Of a stretch of DNA of 64,000 bases, positions 7,626 through 17,301 are shown one piece after another; the stretch's first letter is position 1, and each line of letters begins with the position of its first letter. The stretch comes from a virus. A program made the translations under genes and the position numbers. The notes under the pieces were generated by a model, which was not told where the DNA came from, did no database searches, and worked only from the letters and a program-made list of their open reading frames with translations. The DNA lies in the IMG/VR virus record IMGVR_UViG_3300008954_000002, positions 64,001 through 128,000 of that record; one strand, given 5' to 3'.

Positions 7626-8714
7626 TGTTTCAATGCAAGCCATTCTGTCTCGTATTCAAAGCTTACTTACATATCCGCCTATTTGAAAGCAAACTATCCG
7701 GCACAATTCTTCTGTGCACTTATGTCTGTGCGCTCCAAGTCTTTGCAACCTAAGCTCTGGGCTAATAAAGCTCCTGAGTATATGCAGGAGGCAGGCCGTC
7801 TTGGTGTAACTATACATCCACCCTCTATTAATGGTTCTGAACTTGAATTCTCAGTAAAGAGCAATGATATCTACTTTGGACTCAATGCTATTAGAGACGT
7901 TGGTGTTGCTGCAGCTAGAGCCATTATAAAAGCAAGAGGTAGCCAGCCATATAAAGACATATACGACTTTCTACATAGGGTAAACCTTAGGAAAGCGACT
8001 ACTAAGACTTTTATAAGCCTTGTAAAGGCAGGCGCTTTTGACAAGTTGGGATATAGCCGCCCATCTCTTCTTGAACATACAGCCGCTTTATATGCTTATG
8101 TAAAAGATATTGTAGAATATGAACAAAGAAAGTTAGATATAGTCGCTAGAGACGAAGAAAATAGAAAGAAAACACTTCTCTTAGATAGAAAAAAAGAACT
8201 AAACAAACTATTACGAAAAGAGAAAAGAGAACCCACCTCCAAAGAAGAGGAGTTCTTAATTAGTATCAAAGGTCTTAGACGGTTACCCGCTCTTAAACCC
8301 AAGGCTTTTCCTGAACCACCAGAAGTAAAAAGAGCTAGCACTGTTGAACTCTCATTAGAAGAGATCATGGAGCAGGCACACTACATAGGTTGCTATGTAG
8401 GAGTACATCCAGTTATGCTCATCAACAACAACGCAGAGCGTCTGTGCAACCTATATACAGGTCAACATGCTAATGTCTGCGGAGTACTTAACAATGTCAA
8501 AGAAATCACAACTAGAAAGGGAAGACAAATGGCTTTCCTAGAAATAGATGATTCCACTGACATAGCTGAGGTAGTAGTTTTCCCAGCTGTATGGCGCAAG
8601 ACTAATCAGTCTTTAGTCACGCAGGGAAAGCTAGTAGAGTTAAGAGTTAAGGTTGAGCAAGAAGAACCAACCCTTAAGCTAATGGCTACTTCAGTCAAAA
8701 TATACGAGGAATAG
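7521..8714 (+). CDS. dnaE: Split intein C-half fused to DNA polymerase III alpha fragment 3 (fingers, HhH, OB-fold)
   Basis: ...AAN|CFNASHSVSY, AYLKANYP, PPSINGS, IYFGLNAIRDVG, LVKAGAFD, TRKGRQMAFLEIDD..EVVVFP. Confidence 0.95.
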   Translation: MKIKSREYLGLAPVYDIGLPDHHNFVIQGGLVAANCFNASHSVSYSKLTYISAYLKANYPAQFFCALMSVRSKSLQPKLWANKAPEYMQEAGRLGVTIHPPSINGSELEFSVKSNDIYFGLNAIRDVGVAAARAIIKARGSQPYKDIYDFLHRVNLRKATTKTFISLVKAGAFDKLGYSRPSLLEHTAALYAYVKDIVEYEQRKLDIVARDEENRKKTLLLDRKKELNKLLRKEKREPTSKEEEFLISIKGLRRLPALKPKAFPEPPEVKRASTVELSLEEIMEQAHYIGCYVGVHPVMLINNNAERLCNLYTGQHANVCGVLNNVKEITTRKGRQMAFLEIDDSTDIAEVVVFPAVWRKTNQSLVTQGKLVELRVKVEQEEPTLKLMATSVKIYEE

Positions 8715-8718
8715 TTAT

Positions 8719-9801
8719 ATGAGTAGATGGCAACCAGAAGAAGAACACTTACTTAGGCTTTTGCTACCTACAAATAGCCATACCGAGATAGCAGTAGAAT
8801 TTGAAAGGCGCTTCCAAAAGATGCTGCCTGGATTTACCTCGCTAAGATCTTCAGAAGCAATACGCAAGAAGTGTAACCGCGAAGAACTAACAGCTGATTC
8901 TATAGTAGGATACAGCGATCCCTATAAAGATCGCTGGGAATATATTAAGAGTCTTGGAAACGAGTACAAGCTAGACGCTGAGGAACTAACAGTAGGAATA
9001 GTAGACGATGTAGATAGAAAGATACTCACACTATCTGATCTACACTTTCCGTTTGCCCTAGAGGACCATATACATAGGGCACTACTCGATCATTCAGACG
9101 CAGATGTTGTCGTGCTGAATGGCGATCTACTAGACGGATATATATTCTCTACCTTTGGCAGAGCCAAACGAGTAGCCGCACTTAAAGAGTACATAGCTGT
9201 ATTTGAACTAGTTCGTTATATTTCAGACAACTTCCCACATGTTATTATTACAAGTGGAAATCATGATGTAAGGCCTGCAAGAGCACTTAGCAGATCAGAC
9301 TTCAACAAAGAAGCTACTCAAGTACTTAGACCAGACCTATTAGCTAGAATAGCTAATGGCGAAATGCTTGATGAATATGGCGAGATAGTAGAACTAGTCG
9401 GCATGGATAATGTTACATATCAAAAATATGACTCTTGGTATGTACGAGTAGGCAAAACAATATTCTGCCATCCATCTGCATGGCGGGGTAGCTATCCTGG
9501 AGGCACTGTAACTAAACTATGCGATTACTTTACCAACAGAATGGGCAGTGAATCTTTTGACTCTATAGTCGTGGGGCACACACACCGGATCTATATGGGT
9601 ATTGTTGGCAACAAACTACTAATAGAGCAGGGTGCTATGTGCGCTCGACAGCCCTACCAGCATAAAGATGATCTCAGATTCACACATGCCATGAACGGCT
9701 ATGCAGTAATATATCAAGACGCAGACGGCAATACAGACTTCAACCTAAGCGGCCCAATATATATTGGAAGCCAATTACCACCTAAAAAGGAAATACTATA
9801 A
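8719..9801 (+). CDS. Calcineurin-like metallophosphoesterase with an N-terminal HTH-like region
   Basis: SDLH, GDLLD, GNHD, H, GHTH motifs. Confidence 0.85.
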   Translation: MSRWQPEEEHLLRLLLPTNSHTEIAVEFERRFQKMLPGFTSLRSSEAIRKKCNREELTADSIVGYSDPYKDRWEYIKSLGNEYKLDAEELTVGIVDDVDRKILTLSDLHFPFALEDHIHRALLDHSDADVVVLNGDLLDGYIFSTFGRAKRVAALKEYIAVFELVRYISDNFPHVIITSGNHDVRPARALSRSDFNKEATQVLRPDLLARIANGEMLDEYGEIVELVGMDNVTYQKYDSWYVRVGKTIFCHPSAWRGSYPGGTVTKLCDYFTNRMGSESFDSIVVGHTHRIYMGIVGNKLLIEQGAMCARQPYQHKDDLRFTHAMNGYAVIYQDADGNTDFNLSGPIYIGSQLPPKKEIL

Positions 9802-10151
9802 TGTCTCTTGTAGATTCGACTGGTCGGCCAGTCTCAACAGAAGAAGGGATAAGCAATTCTGATCTTATCCAAGTGCTAACCTCTTTTAGAGTTAGAATGG
9901 ATGCTGCAAACGCTCAGATTGTTCAACTAGGACTACTACTTGAATATCTATATGAGCAGCTAGAGAAGAAGGGTATGGAAATACCTATGGAAGAATTCAA
10001 TGCTTGGGCTAAGACCCGCTACGAAGAAATCCAAAAAGAAGCAGAGAAGATGATGGAAGAAGGATTCGCTGACGACTTTGTTAAGCAGGCAGAAGCAGCA
10101 ATGCAAGACCTAACTAACATTGAACGCCAAGTGGATCTAACTGATGAGTAG
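9801..10151 (+). CDS. Hypothetical helical protein
   Basis: Coupled ORF (TAATG) with AAGGA SD. Confidence 0.7.
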   Translation: MSLVDSTGRPVSTEEGISNSDLIQVLTSFRVRMDAANAQIVQLGLLLEYLYEQLEKKGMEIPMEEFNAWAKTRYEEIQKEAEKMMEEGFADDFVKQAEAAMQDLTNIERQVDLTDE

Positions 10152-11181
10152 TAAATGGTCATTTATACAACACATAACAGACTACTTAGGGCGAGATAAA
10201 CTAGGAAATCAAAAGGCCCCCACTCTGTGGCCCTCTGAAGCAACAGCTATTGTTGCCAATGCACATGGTGAACAAGTTGCTGAGGGGAAATGTAGGCGAG
10301 CCACTTACTTCAGGTATATGTGTGATTGGTACTATTTTAATAGTGACGCATATGCACATTATCAACCTCTCGTAGAGCAGATCAAAGAGAAAAGCATTCC
10401 ACATGACGGTTACGTTCAGTGGATCTTCAAGCAGGGGAACCTATATGAAGAATCATGCTTGCAAGACTCTAAAGAATCAGGTATCTATATTGCCGATCAG
10501 ACACAAGTATATGTGCCTAGCCACAATGTCTCAGGCAAAGTAGATATCGTTGCTCTTAATCCAGTTACTAAGAACTATTCCATTGTTGAACTTAAATCCG
10601 TTTATGGATTCAATGGCAATAGTGTACTTGGTACTCCAGGTGAGAGAAAGAAAGGTCAGCTGGGTACACCACGCACAGGCCACCTTATGCAAATAGGCAT
10701 TTACCAATGGTGGTATGCTGGACAAGACGAAAGATTTGAAGAGGGTAGGCTAGTTTATGGTGCACGAGATACAGGCAGGTTTGCTGAATACCTAATTCAA
10801 ATACGTCCATACGATACAGATACTGGTGTACAAAATTTTATCTCTTACACAGGTAACTGTCCAAACAAAACAGAAGAAGTTGTAACAGACATTAGTATAG
10901 AGAACATACTTGAACAATATGCTCTCATTCTAAGATCCCTAGATTCAGGCGAAATACCCGAAAGAGATTATAGCTTGCAATACTCTGACGAACACATCTC
11001 AAAGCTTTATGATAGAAAAGAGCTACCTAAGGCCGACATGGAAAGGCATGGGAAGAGAACTCAGCAGCTAGCAGAGGGTAAGCGCCCTATTAAAGCTGTA
11101 GAGCGCGGCGACTGGCAATGCCGCTTATGCAAGTATAAAGACATCTGTTACGACGATAAAAAGAACCCAATAAACATATAG
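10144..11181 (+). CDS. Cas4-like PD-(D/E)XK exonuclease
   Basis: N-terminal C, GKVD, ELKS, QIGIY, C-terminal WQCRLCKYKDIC (Fe-S type). Confidence 0.8.
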   Translation: MSSKWSFIQHITDYLGRDKLGNQKAPTLWPSEATAIVANAHGEQVAEGKCRRATYFRYMCDWYYFNSDAYAHYQPLVEQIKEKSIPHDGYVQWIFKQGNLYEESCLQDSKESGIYIADQTQVYVPSHNVSGKVDIVALNPVTKNYSIVELKSVYGFNGNSVLGTPGERKKGQLGTPRTGHLMQIGIYQWWYAGQDERFEEGRLVYGARDTGRFAEYLIQIRPYDTDTGVQNFISYTGNCPNKTEEVVTDISIENILEQYALILRSLDSGEIPERDYSLQYSDEHISKLYDRKELPKADMERHGKRTQQLAEGKRPIKAVERGDWQCRLCKYKDICYDDKKNPINI

Positions 11182-11187
11182 GAACTT

Positions 11188-11442
11188 ATGGATACCTACT
11201 TCCTTGTGAAGATATGGGTAGACAATGAGCTAACAGTATATGGACCGTATCTAGAGTTGGATGATGCGGTCACTATGCTTATAGACCATTTGCCTCCCAT
11301 TGCATTGGCTCAAATACTCAAAAAGAAAGTAGCTAGGTACCTGGCCGAAGTGCATGAGTGCATACTTAATGCAGATGGAAGCTGGGATACTATAGCTATT
11401 AGAATCAAGGAAAACGAATGCGAACGCAGACCCCATATGTAA
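11188..11442 (+). CDS. Hypothetical protein
   Basis: ORF with AGGA SD. Confidence 0.65.
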   Translation: MDTYFLVKIWVDNELTVYGPYLELDDAVTMLIDHLPPIALAQILKKKVARYLAEVHECILNADGSWDTIAIRIKENECERRPHM

Positions 11443-12455
11443 ATCCATTACTTTCAGAAAACCTATCCGTTAACGATGTTCTATTGCTCCCAGCCAAAGG
11501 AATCCTTACCTCAAGAGCAGATGCAAAACTAAAGCCATTCATTTACAGCGCTCCTATGGACACTGTGACAGGCTATGGAATGTCTAACGCTATGGTAGCT
11601 CTTGGAGAGCATCCTGTAGTCTGTCGCTTCCTACATGAAGACTGGAACAGAACCTTTACCGAGCACATGGAAAACCCTAATGTTTTCTTTGCAATAGGTG
11701 CTAAAGAAGCCGACTTGGAGGACTTCCTATATAGACTCAATAACACTAAGCCTGCATATGGCTCAGTATCGGTATCCATAGACATAGCTCATGGGGACTC
11801 CGTAATGGCTCACAGTGCAGCTACATTGCTCTCTAAAAGCCCCTACATAGGGAACATTATGTCTGGCTCTCTCTGTACCCCTGAGGGGGCAGAGAGAGCT
11901 TGGGCTGCTGGGTGCACACACCTAAGAGTGGGTGTAGGCCCTGGAGCAGCTTGCACAACTAGGCTAATGACGGGCTGTGGCTATCCGCAGCTAAAAGCTA
12001 TCTATATTATAGCCAAATATCTAGAAGCAAAAGAGATAGATATAGAGATTATTGCTGATGGAGGAATCAAGTATTCTGGCGATGCCGTGAAGTATCTTGC
12101 AGCAGGGGCAGACGCCATTATGTTGGGCAGTCGATTTAGCTCTTGTATCGAAAGCGCTGGCTGGTTTGTAAACAAAGACAACAGAAGAGAAAAGAAATTT
12201 AGAGGACAAGCGTCCAGAGAATTTCAAATCTCACAGTATGCAAAAGATCCTGCTTGTCCCGAAGGAGCGTCTGGCCCCACCATTACTCCTAAAGGATTTT
12301 GCAAGAACATAGTGGAAGAGTTTAGAGGTGGTGTAGCGTCGGCTATCAGTTACCTTGGCCTTAGCTCAATAGAAGAGCTAAATCCTACAAATGTATACTT
12401 TGTAAAGATTACGCAAGCAGCCTATATAGAAGGCACGCCTCATGGTACTAAATAA
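11418..12455 (+). CDS. IMP dehydrogenase/GMP reductase family protein (no CBS domains)
   Basis: SAPMDTVT, IDIAHG, RVGVGPGAACTTR, IADGGI, MLGS, FRGQAS, PEG. Confidence 0.9.
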   Translation: MRTQTPYVNPLLSENLSVNDVLLLPAKGILTSRADAKLKPFIYSAPMDTVTGYGMSNAMVALGEHPVVCRFLHEDWNRTFTEHMENPNVFFAIGAKEADLEDFLYRLNNTKPAYGSVSVSIDIAHGDSVMAHSAATLLSKSPYIGNIMSGSLCTPEGAERAWAAGCTHLRVGVGPGAACTTRLMTGCGYPQLKAIYIIAKYLEAKEIDIEIIADGGIKYSGDAVKYLAAGADAIMLGSRFSSCIESAGWFVNKDNRREKKFRGQASREFQISQYAKDPACPEGASGPTITPKGFCKNIVEEFRGGVASAISYLGLSSIEELNPTNVYFVKITQAAYIEGTPHGTK

Positions 12456-13431
12456 ACACCTATTCTGTACTGGAGACCCCGTTATAGATATTTTCTATAC
12501 GGGGTCTCTTACTTCCGCCAACCGTTACACAACAGAATCTGTTGAGAGACGATATGGCGGAGCACTCAACACATGGAAAAATGCAGAAGCATTGATAGGT
12601 AAGAACACTGTACACTTCTTCTCTCCTACCGGCCCCATAGATGCCAATGTTTTATATAAAACAGAAGATATATATACCCTGCGCAGATATCTTCTATCGC
12701 TAGATAGCAAAATGCCAAGCAGCACACACATAGAAGCTAGTGGAATCCCTACAGATAAAAAGGAATTTATATACACACAGCCACAGCATATAGACGTCTT
12801 CATGACAATGAAGTCTTACTATCAAGAATTGCTATCCATCCATGGGCAGATAGAGGCTGCTCTTGTTATCGCAGATTATAATAAAGGTACAGTCAATACG
12901 CATCGCAAGGCTGCCAGTAGTATAAAAGACATAGAGAATGCTTTCGGCTTTTGTATAGTAGATTCTCGCAATAGAACACTAGATACATCTCTATTAAAAG
13001 CATCCAAGTTCAACATATGGCATGCAACAGGCAATGAGTATGAGGCAAACTTTAGCGATAACTTTGATATGCTATTGTGGACAAATGGCCCATACGACAT
13101 TAAGATAGTTAGAGCAGCCGATGGCGTGCATCATGAATTATCTATTAGTATTCCACCTGTAGACATAATAGATGAATGCGGCGCAGGTGATACTTTTACA
13201 GCAGCTGTTGCCGCCTACTTACTCTACCACCCGGCCAACATCAGCGAACTATCTGTTCTGAACTCTTTAGAACTGTGCAAGGACGCATGCGACTTTGCTA
13301 TCGCTTGTTGCAGAGATGTGATTCTTCAACCATTCACATCAGTAACCACACTTACCATGGAGGATCTATGTACATCACTAATCTCCAAGAAGTCATCCCA
13401 CTTCTCCGAGGACAGCTTAGAGAATACTTAA
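12442..13431 (+). CDS. PfkB-family sugar kinase, HldE/RfaE kinase-like
   Basis: GD..ID, GGALN, DYNKG, DECGAGDTFTA. Confidence 0.8.
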   Translation: MVLNKHLFCTGDPVIDIFYTGSLTSANRYTTESVERRYGGALNTWKNAEALIGKNTVHFFSPTGPIDANVLYKTEDIYTLRRYLLSLDSKMPSSTHIEASGIPTDKKEFIYTQPQHIDVFMTMKSYYQELLSIHGQIEAALVIADYNKGTVNTHRKAASSIKDIENAFGFCIVDSRNRTLDTSLLKASKFNIWHATGNEYEANFSDNFDMLLWTNGPYDIKIVRAADGVHHELSISIPPVDIIDECGAGDTFTAAVAAYLLYHPANISELSVLNSLELCKDACDFAIACCRDVILQPFTSVTTLTMEDLCTSLISKKSSHFSEDSLENT

Positions 13432-15851
13432 TAATCAAGCATAACATTAGATCTAATACAAGAAAGATGAATTGCTTTGCTCATGATGACAATAAGCCAA
13501 GCATGAGTTTTAATCCTAAGACTAATAATGAGACTGTCAAATGCTTCTCATGTAATTGGACTGGAGATATCTTTGATGTTGCTCATGTCTTAGAAAACCT
13601 ACCTACTTCTGGTAGCGAATGGCTTTCAGTAACAATTCCTGAGCTATGCAAAACGCTAGACATACCCTTGAGATTAGGAGAACCCTCTCATACCGACAAA
13701 GAGAGAGCACGCCAGCATAAGCTGACACAAGATATTGCAGACATCTTAGTGTTGCACGGTCAGATATCTAAATACATAACAGAAAGGAACTGGACTCAAG
13801 ATCACCTTTCGCTCGGCTCCATCGACGAAGAAGACCTCATGGCCAAGCTTGTTGAGAAGGGCTGGGATCCAAAGGAAATACTTAAGTCGTTACTAGTTAG
13901 AACCAGATACCACTCGTTCTTTGGAGACGATAAGCTTACCTTTGTCATTAGAAACGAAAGAAGTAGACCAGTAGGCTTCATCTCAAGAGCTCTCAATGGA
14001 GATGATTCTGTATCTAAGTATATAAACTCTCCAGAATCACACATATATGAAAAAGGCAAAGTATTACTAGGCCTAGACACTGCACTGAAGGCAGGTGATG
14101 CTAAGAAGGCAGGTATATATATAGTTGAAGGCCCAGGAGATCTAGCTCAACTCTATAGAGTAGGTGTGCTAAACGCCGCAGCAGTATGTGGTACAGCCTT
14201 TACAGAGCATCATCTGTTACTCTTAAAAAAGCTAGGAATTAGAAGTATATACCTAAGCTTCGACTGGGACAATGCTGGCTATATAGCTACTCAACGTGTA
14301 CTAGAGATTATACTTAAGGCCACAACAGGTATTTCTGCACACGTTGTGGCAGCACCCGAAAATAGCGAGTCAAAAGACCCAGACGACCTACTGCATGGTG
14401 CAGAAGACGCAGAGCCATACTTGTCGCTGAAAAAGCTACCTGCTTTTGAGTGGCAGCTATCTCAAGCCTCTAGCAATGACACGCCAGATACTATCTGTCA
14501 GAGAATGATACCTATTATCGCTACTGAAAGTGCAGCTGTAAAAAGAGAATTACTTACTCAAGCGCTTGCTAACTTTACAGGCATATCACCACAAGCAATA
14601 GGCTCTGATGTCTCATCGCTACGCAGTAACGACTATACAGAAAGAAAACGACAACTAGTAGCATCTGCAGAAAGCTATGTACAAGAAGTCTCAGAAGATC
14701 CTGATAATATTATCGCTACTATTGCTCAACATGAGCAACGCGTACTTACTATTGAAAGAGAGTACCAAAGAAATGTAACAGGTGTTAACTATCAGCTATC
14801 TAGATACGATGCAATCCAACAGCTACGCAGAGACTCTGATGATGGGAATGCAGCAACCTTTGAGATGAACTATTACTCTGGCTTTGCTGATGCTTTCTCA
14901 GGAGGCATGGACTGGACAAAGGGCTGCTTAATGTACGTTGGTGGAAGATCAAATTCGGGCAAAACAGCAACAGTACTAGCTTTAGGATGTGACATTGCGC
15001 TTTCAGATCCAAATGCAATTGTAATCATTCACTCTACAGATGATAGCTATCAGCAAATAGAGCCTAGAATCAAATCTAATCTTTATGCAATGGCCAATCC
15101 AACTGGCCCAACACTTACCATAGGAATGGTTGTTCAGCCTCACAAATACCTGCCCAAGAATGACAAAGCTACTATAGAGGCTTACAACTTAGCAGATGAA
15201 CTTTTCAAAGATCTGCTCGCAGATGAACGACTAGTCATATTAGATGCAGAAGACGGTAGTACTCTATCTGTGCTTGAAAGAAATGTTAAATATTACAGAA
15301 GTAGATTTCCAAGCAAGAAGATCATGATCATATGCGATAATACTCACAACCTTGCAGATTGGGGTCACATGGATCAAACCACTCGAATGACTATGATCTC
15401 TAATGCGCAAAAACATATGTGCGTTAAATACAGACTATGTATGATAGCTACTGCCGAATACAGAAAGAACATGCCTATAGATCAGTCTAAGATGAAGCTA
15501 CCTGTAGATGATGACTTAGCTGATGCAAGAGCACTGATGTATAGACCACTAGCAATTCTGCATGTATATAACGATCTTCATGATCGTAAAGATCATGCCG
15601 AGATATTCTGGACAAACGATGAAGGTACTGCTAGCCCAAGACTACTAATTAACTTTACAAAGAATAAGATATCTAGCTTCAAAGACAAGCTAATATTGGA
15701 TCTTGATACTAGGTCTGTTACACTAAAGCCAAAGTGTGTTAAGAATGCATTAAATGAAGCTGAGAATTATATAGACGCTAAGGAAGAGGGTAAAATAAAG
15801 TTAAATGGTAATGCAGTAGTATCTATTGCAGCAACAGAATACGAAATGTGA
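13368..15851 (+). CDS. DnaG-type primase fused to DnaB-like helicase
   Basis: CFAHDD..CFSC zinc finger, KYINSPE, VEGPGD and FDWD (TOPRIM), GRSNSGKT Walker A; ATG 13368 after GGAGG. Confidence 0.9.
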   Translation: MYITNLQEVIPLLRGQLREYLIIKHNIRSNTRKMNCFAHDDNKPSMSFNPKTNNETVKCFSCNWTGDIFDVAHVLENLPTSGSEWLSVTIPELCKTLDIPLRLGEPSHTDKERARQHKLTQDIADILVLHGQISKYITERNWTQDHLSLGSIDEEDLMAKLVEKGWDPKEILKSLLVRTRYHSFFGDDKLTFVIRNERSRPVGFISRALNGDDSVSKYINSPESHIYEKGKVLLGLDTALKAGDAKKAGIYIVEGPGDLAQLYRVGVLNAAAVCGTAFTEHHLLLLKKLGIRSIYLSFDWDNAGYIATQRVLEIILKATTGISAHVVAAPENSESKDPDDLLHGAEDAEPYLSLKKLPAFEWQLSQASSNDTPDTICQRMIPIIATESAAVKRELLTQALANFTGISPQAIGSDVSSLRSNDYTERKRQLVASAESYVQEVSEDPDNIIATIAQHEQRVLTIEREYQRNVTGVNYQLSRYDAIQQLRRDSDDGNAATFEMNYYSGFADAFSGGMDWTKGCLMYVGGRSNSGKTATVLALGCDIALSDPNAIVIIHSTDDSYQQIEPRIKSNLYAMANPTGPTLTIGMVVQPHKYLPKNDKATIEAYNLADELFKDLLADERLVILDAEDGSTLSVLERNVKYYRSRFPSKKIMIICDNTHNLADWGHMDQTTRMTMISNAQKHMCVKYRLCMIATAEYRKNMPIDQSKMKLPVDDDLADARALMYRPLAILHVYNDLHDRKDHAEIFWTNDEGTASPRLLINFTKNKISSFKDKLILDLDTRSVTLKPKCVKNALNEAENYIDAKEEGKIKLNGNAVVSIAATEYEM

Positions 15852-15879
15852 TAATATCACCTAGCATAACTATTTACTC

Positions 15880-16365
15880 ATGTCGAAAAGTAAAACGAGA
15901 AGAACATCAATTCAGAGGAGTCCGGGTGGCATTTTGCTGCCCGACTCCTCTGTTATTGAGCCAGAGCTTCCTATCATAATCCCAGTTGCAACAACTGGAC
16001 ATAACAGAGGAGCGCTAGGCGAGAGCGGTGATGTGCTTCCATTGATAGTTCCTAAGACTTGGGGCGAAGAACGACACTTTCAGAACAATGAGCTATACTG
16101 TCAAAAGCTTTTAATTATAAACCCCAATCAAGCTACTTCTATGCATTTCCATATAGAAAAGCATGAAACTATGCTGGTGGTTGCTGGCACTCTTTACATA
16201 GACATAATAGTAAATAAAAAGAGAACAACAAAAACTATAACTGCCTGGAATTCTTTCGTCATAGCGCCAGGCCTACCACATTCACTAAGAGCAACTTCTA
16301 CTGAAGTTCGCCTCATAGAGTCTTCTACACCATCTTATGACGACGACTCTATTCGCATATCATAA
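15880..16365 (+). CDS. Cupin (sugar isomerase-like)
   Basis: PKTWGEE, SMHFHIEKHET, PGLPHSL, ESST. Confidence 0.8.
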   Translation: MSKSKTRRTSIQRSPGGILLPDSSVIEPELPIIIPVATTGHNRGALGESGDVLPLIVPKTWGEERHFQNNELYCQKLLIINPNQATSMHFHIEKHETMLVVAGTLYIDIIVNKKRTTKTITAWNSFVIAPGLPHSLRATSTEVRLIESSTPSYDDDSIRIS

Positions 16366-16375
16366 GGAAACAATA

Positions 16376-16825
16376 ATGCGCGAAGATAGCCTAGGCATCT
16401 TTTGTAAACAAAACAAAACCTTTTATTATCTAGAGACTGGCGACAACTATGTTGGGAATACAGTCGATAGGATACGCAAGACTCTCATCTCAAGAGATCT
16501 TATTCACTATAATACTCGTGGCTTAATGAGCACAGATGACTTCACTGTATTGACAGTGAGAGACGCTAAGGTTGCCGATCATAAGCTACAGCCTATTTAT
16601 ATATCCAAGCATGTAGAACAAGTGTTGACATCCCCTGCAGAAAACTCAGAGGAAGCTAGCACTTCTAGCCACTGGGGTGCTAGTAAAACTCCCAAAGTCA
16701 AAACAAAGCCCAAGGCAAAAGCCAAGACAAGAGCCAAGCGCACTACAAAGAAGAAAGCAGAGCCTACTGCCCAAGTCGAGACCTCTAATATGGCTGCCAC
16801 CACAACTGAGAGCACAAGTGAATAA
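16376..16825 (+). CDS. Hypothetical protein with a Lys/Ala-rich (histone-like) tail
   Basis: KTPKVKTKPKAKAKTRAKRTTKKKA; AAGGA SD. Confidence 0.65.
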   Translation: MREDSLGIFCKQNKTFYYLETGDNYVGNTVDRIRKTLISRDLIHYNTRGLMSTDDFTVLTVRDAKVADHKLQPIYISKHVEQVLTSPAENSEEASTSSHWGASKTPKVKTKPKAKAKTRAKRTTKKKAEPTAQVETSNMAATTTESTSE

Positions 16826-17291
16826 GCAGACACAAGAAATACTATTTAGTTCTGACTCTGACGACTGGGCTACTCCACAGCACTTCTTTGATCTTCTCAA
16901 CGAAGAGTTTGGCCCGTTCACCCTAGACCCATGCGCTAATCAGTCAAATTATAAAACCCCACTCTACTTTACTGCCTCTGAAAATGGCCTAGAGCAAAGC
17001 TGGAAGGGCGATAATGTTTTCATGAATCCACCATATGGAAGGAAGATTGGAGACTGGATAAAGAAAGCTTACGACGAATCGCGCCAACCAGACACTCAGG
17101 TAACAATACTAATACCTGCTAGAACAGATACTAAGTACTGGCATAACTATGTCATGAAAGCTAGTGAGCTTTATTTTGTAAAGGGAAGGCTTAAATTTGG
17201 CAATGGCGACGGAAGTGCTCCATTCCCGTCAGCAGTAGCAATATTTAGAGCAGAAATCACTCCTCTAGAGGTGGGCACCATAGAGCCATGA
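16818..17291 (+). CDS. Phage DNA N6-adenine methyltransferase (Dam-like)
   Basis: DDWATP, FTLDPCA, NPPYG, LIPARTDT, GRLKFG, APFPS; GTG 16818 is the likely start. Confidence 0.9.
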   Translation: MNKQTQEILFSSDSDDWATPQHFFDLLNEEFGPFTLDPCANQSNYKTPLYFTASENGLEQSWKGDNVFMNPPYGRKIGDWIKKAYDESRQPDTQVTILIPARTDTKYWHNYVMKASELYFVKGRLKFGNGDGSAPFPSAVAIFRAEITPLEVGTIEP

Positions 17292-17301
17292 GAAAGCCCA
17301 T

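Noticed and set aside
506-8714. dnaE pseudogene
   Set aside because: Catalytic, PHP and intein motifs are intact, with no internal stops or frameshifts in any fragment
10144-11181. CRISPR-Cas locus
   Set aside because: The Cas4-like gene is solo; I saw no repeat-spacer array or other cas genes
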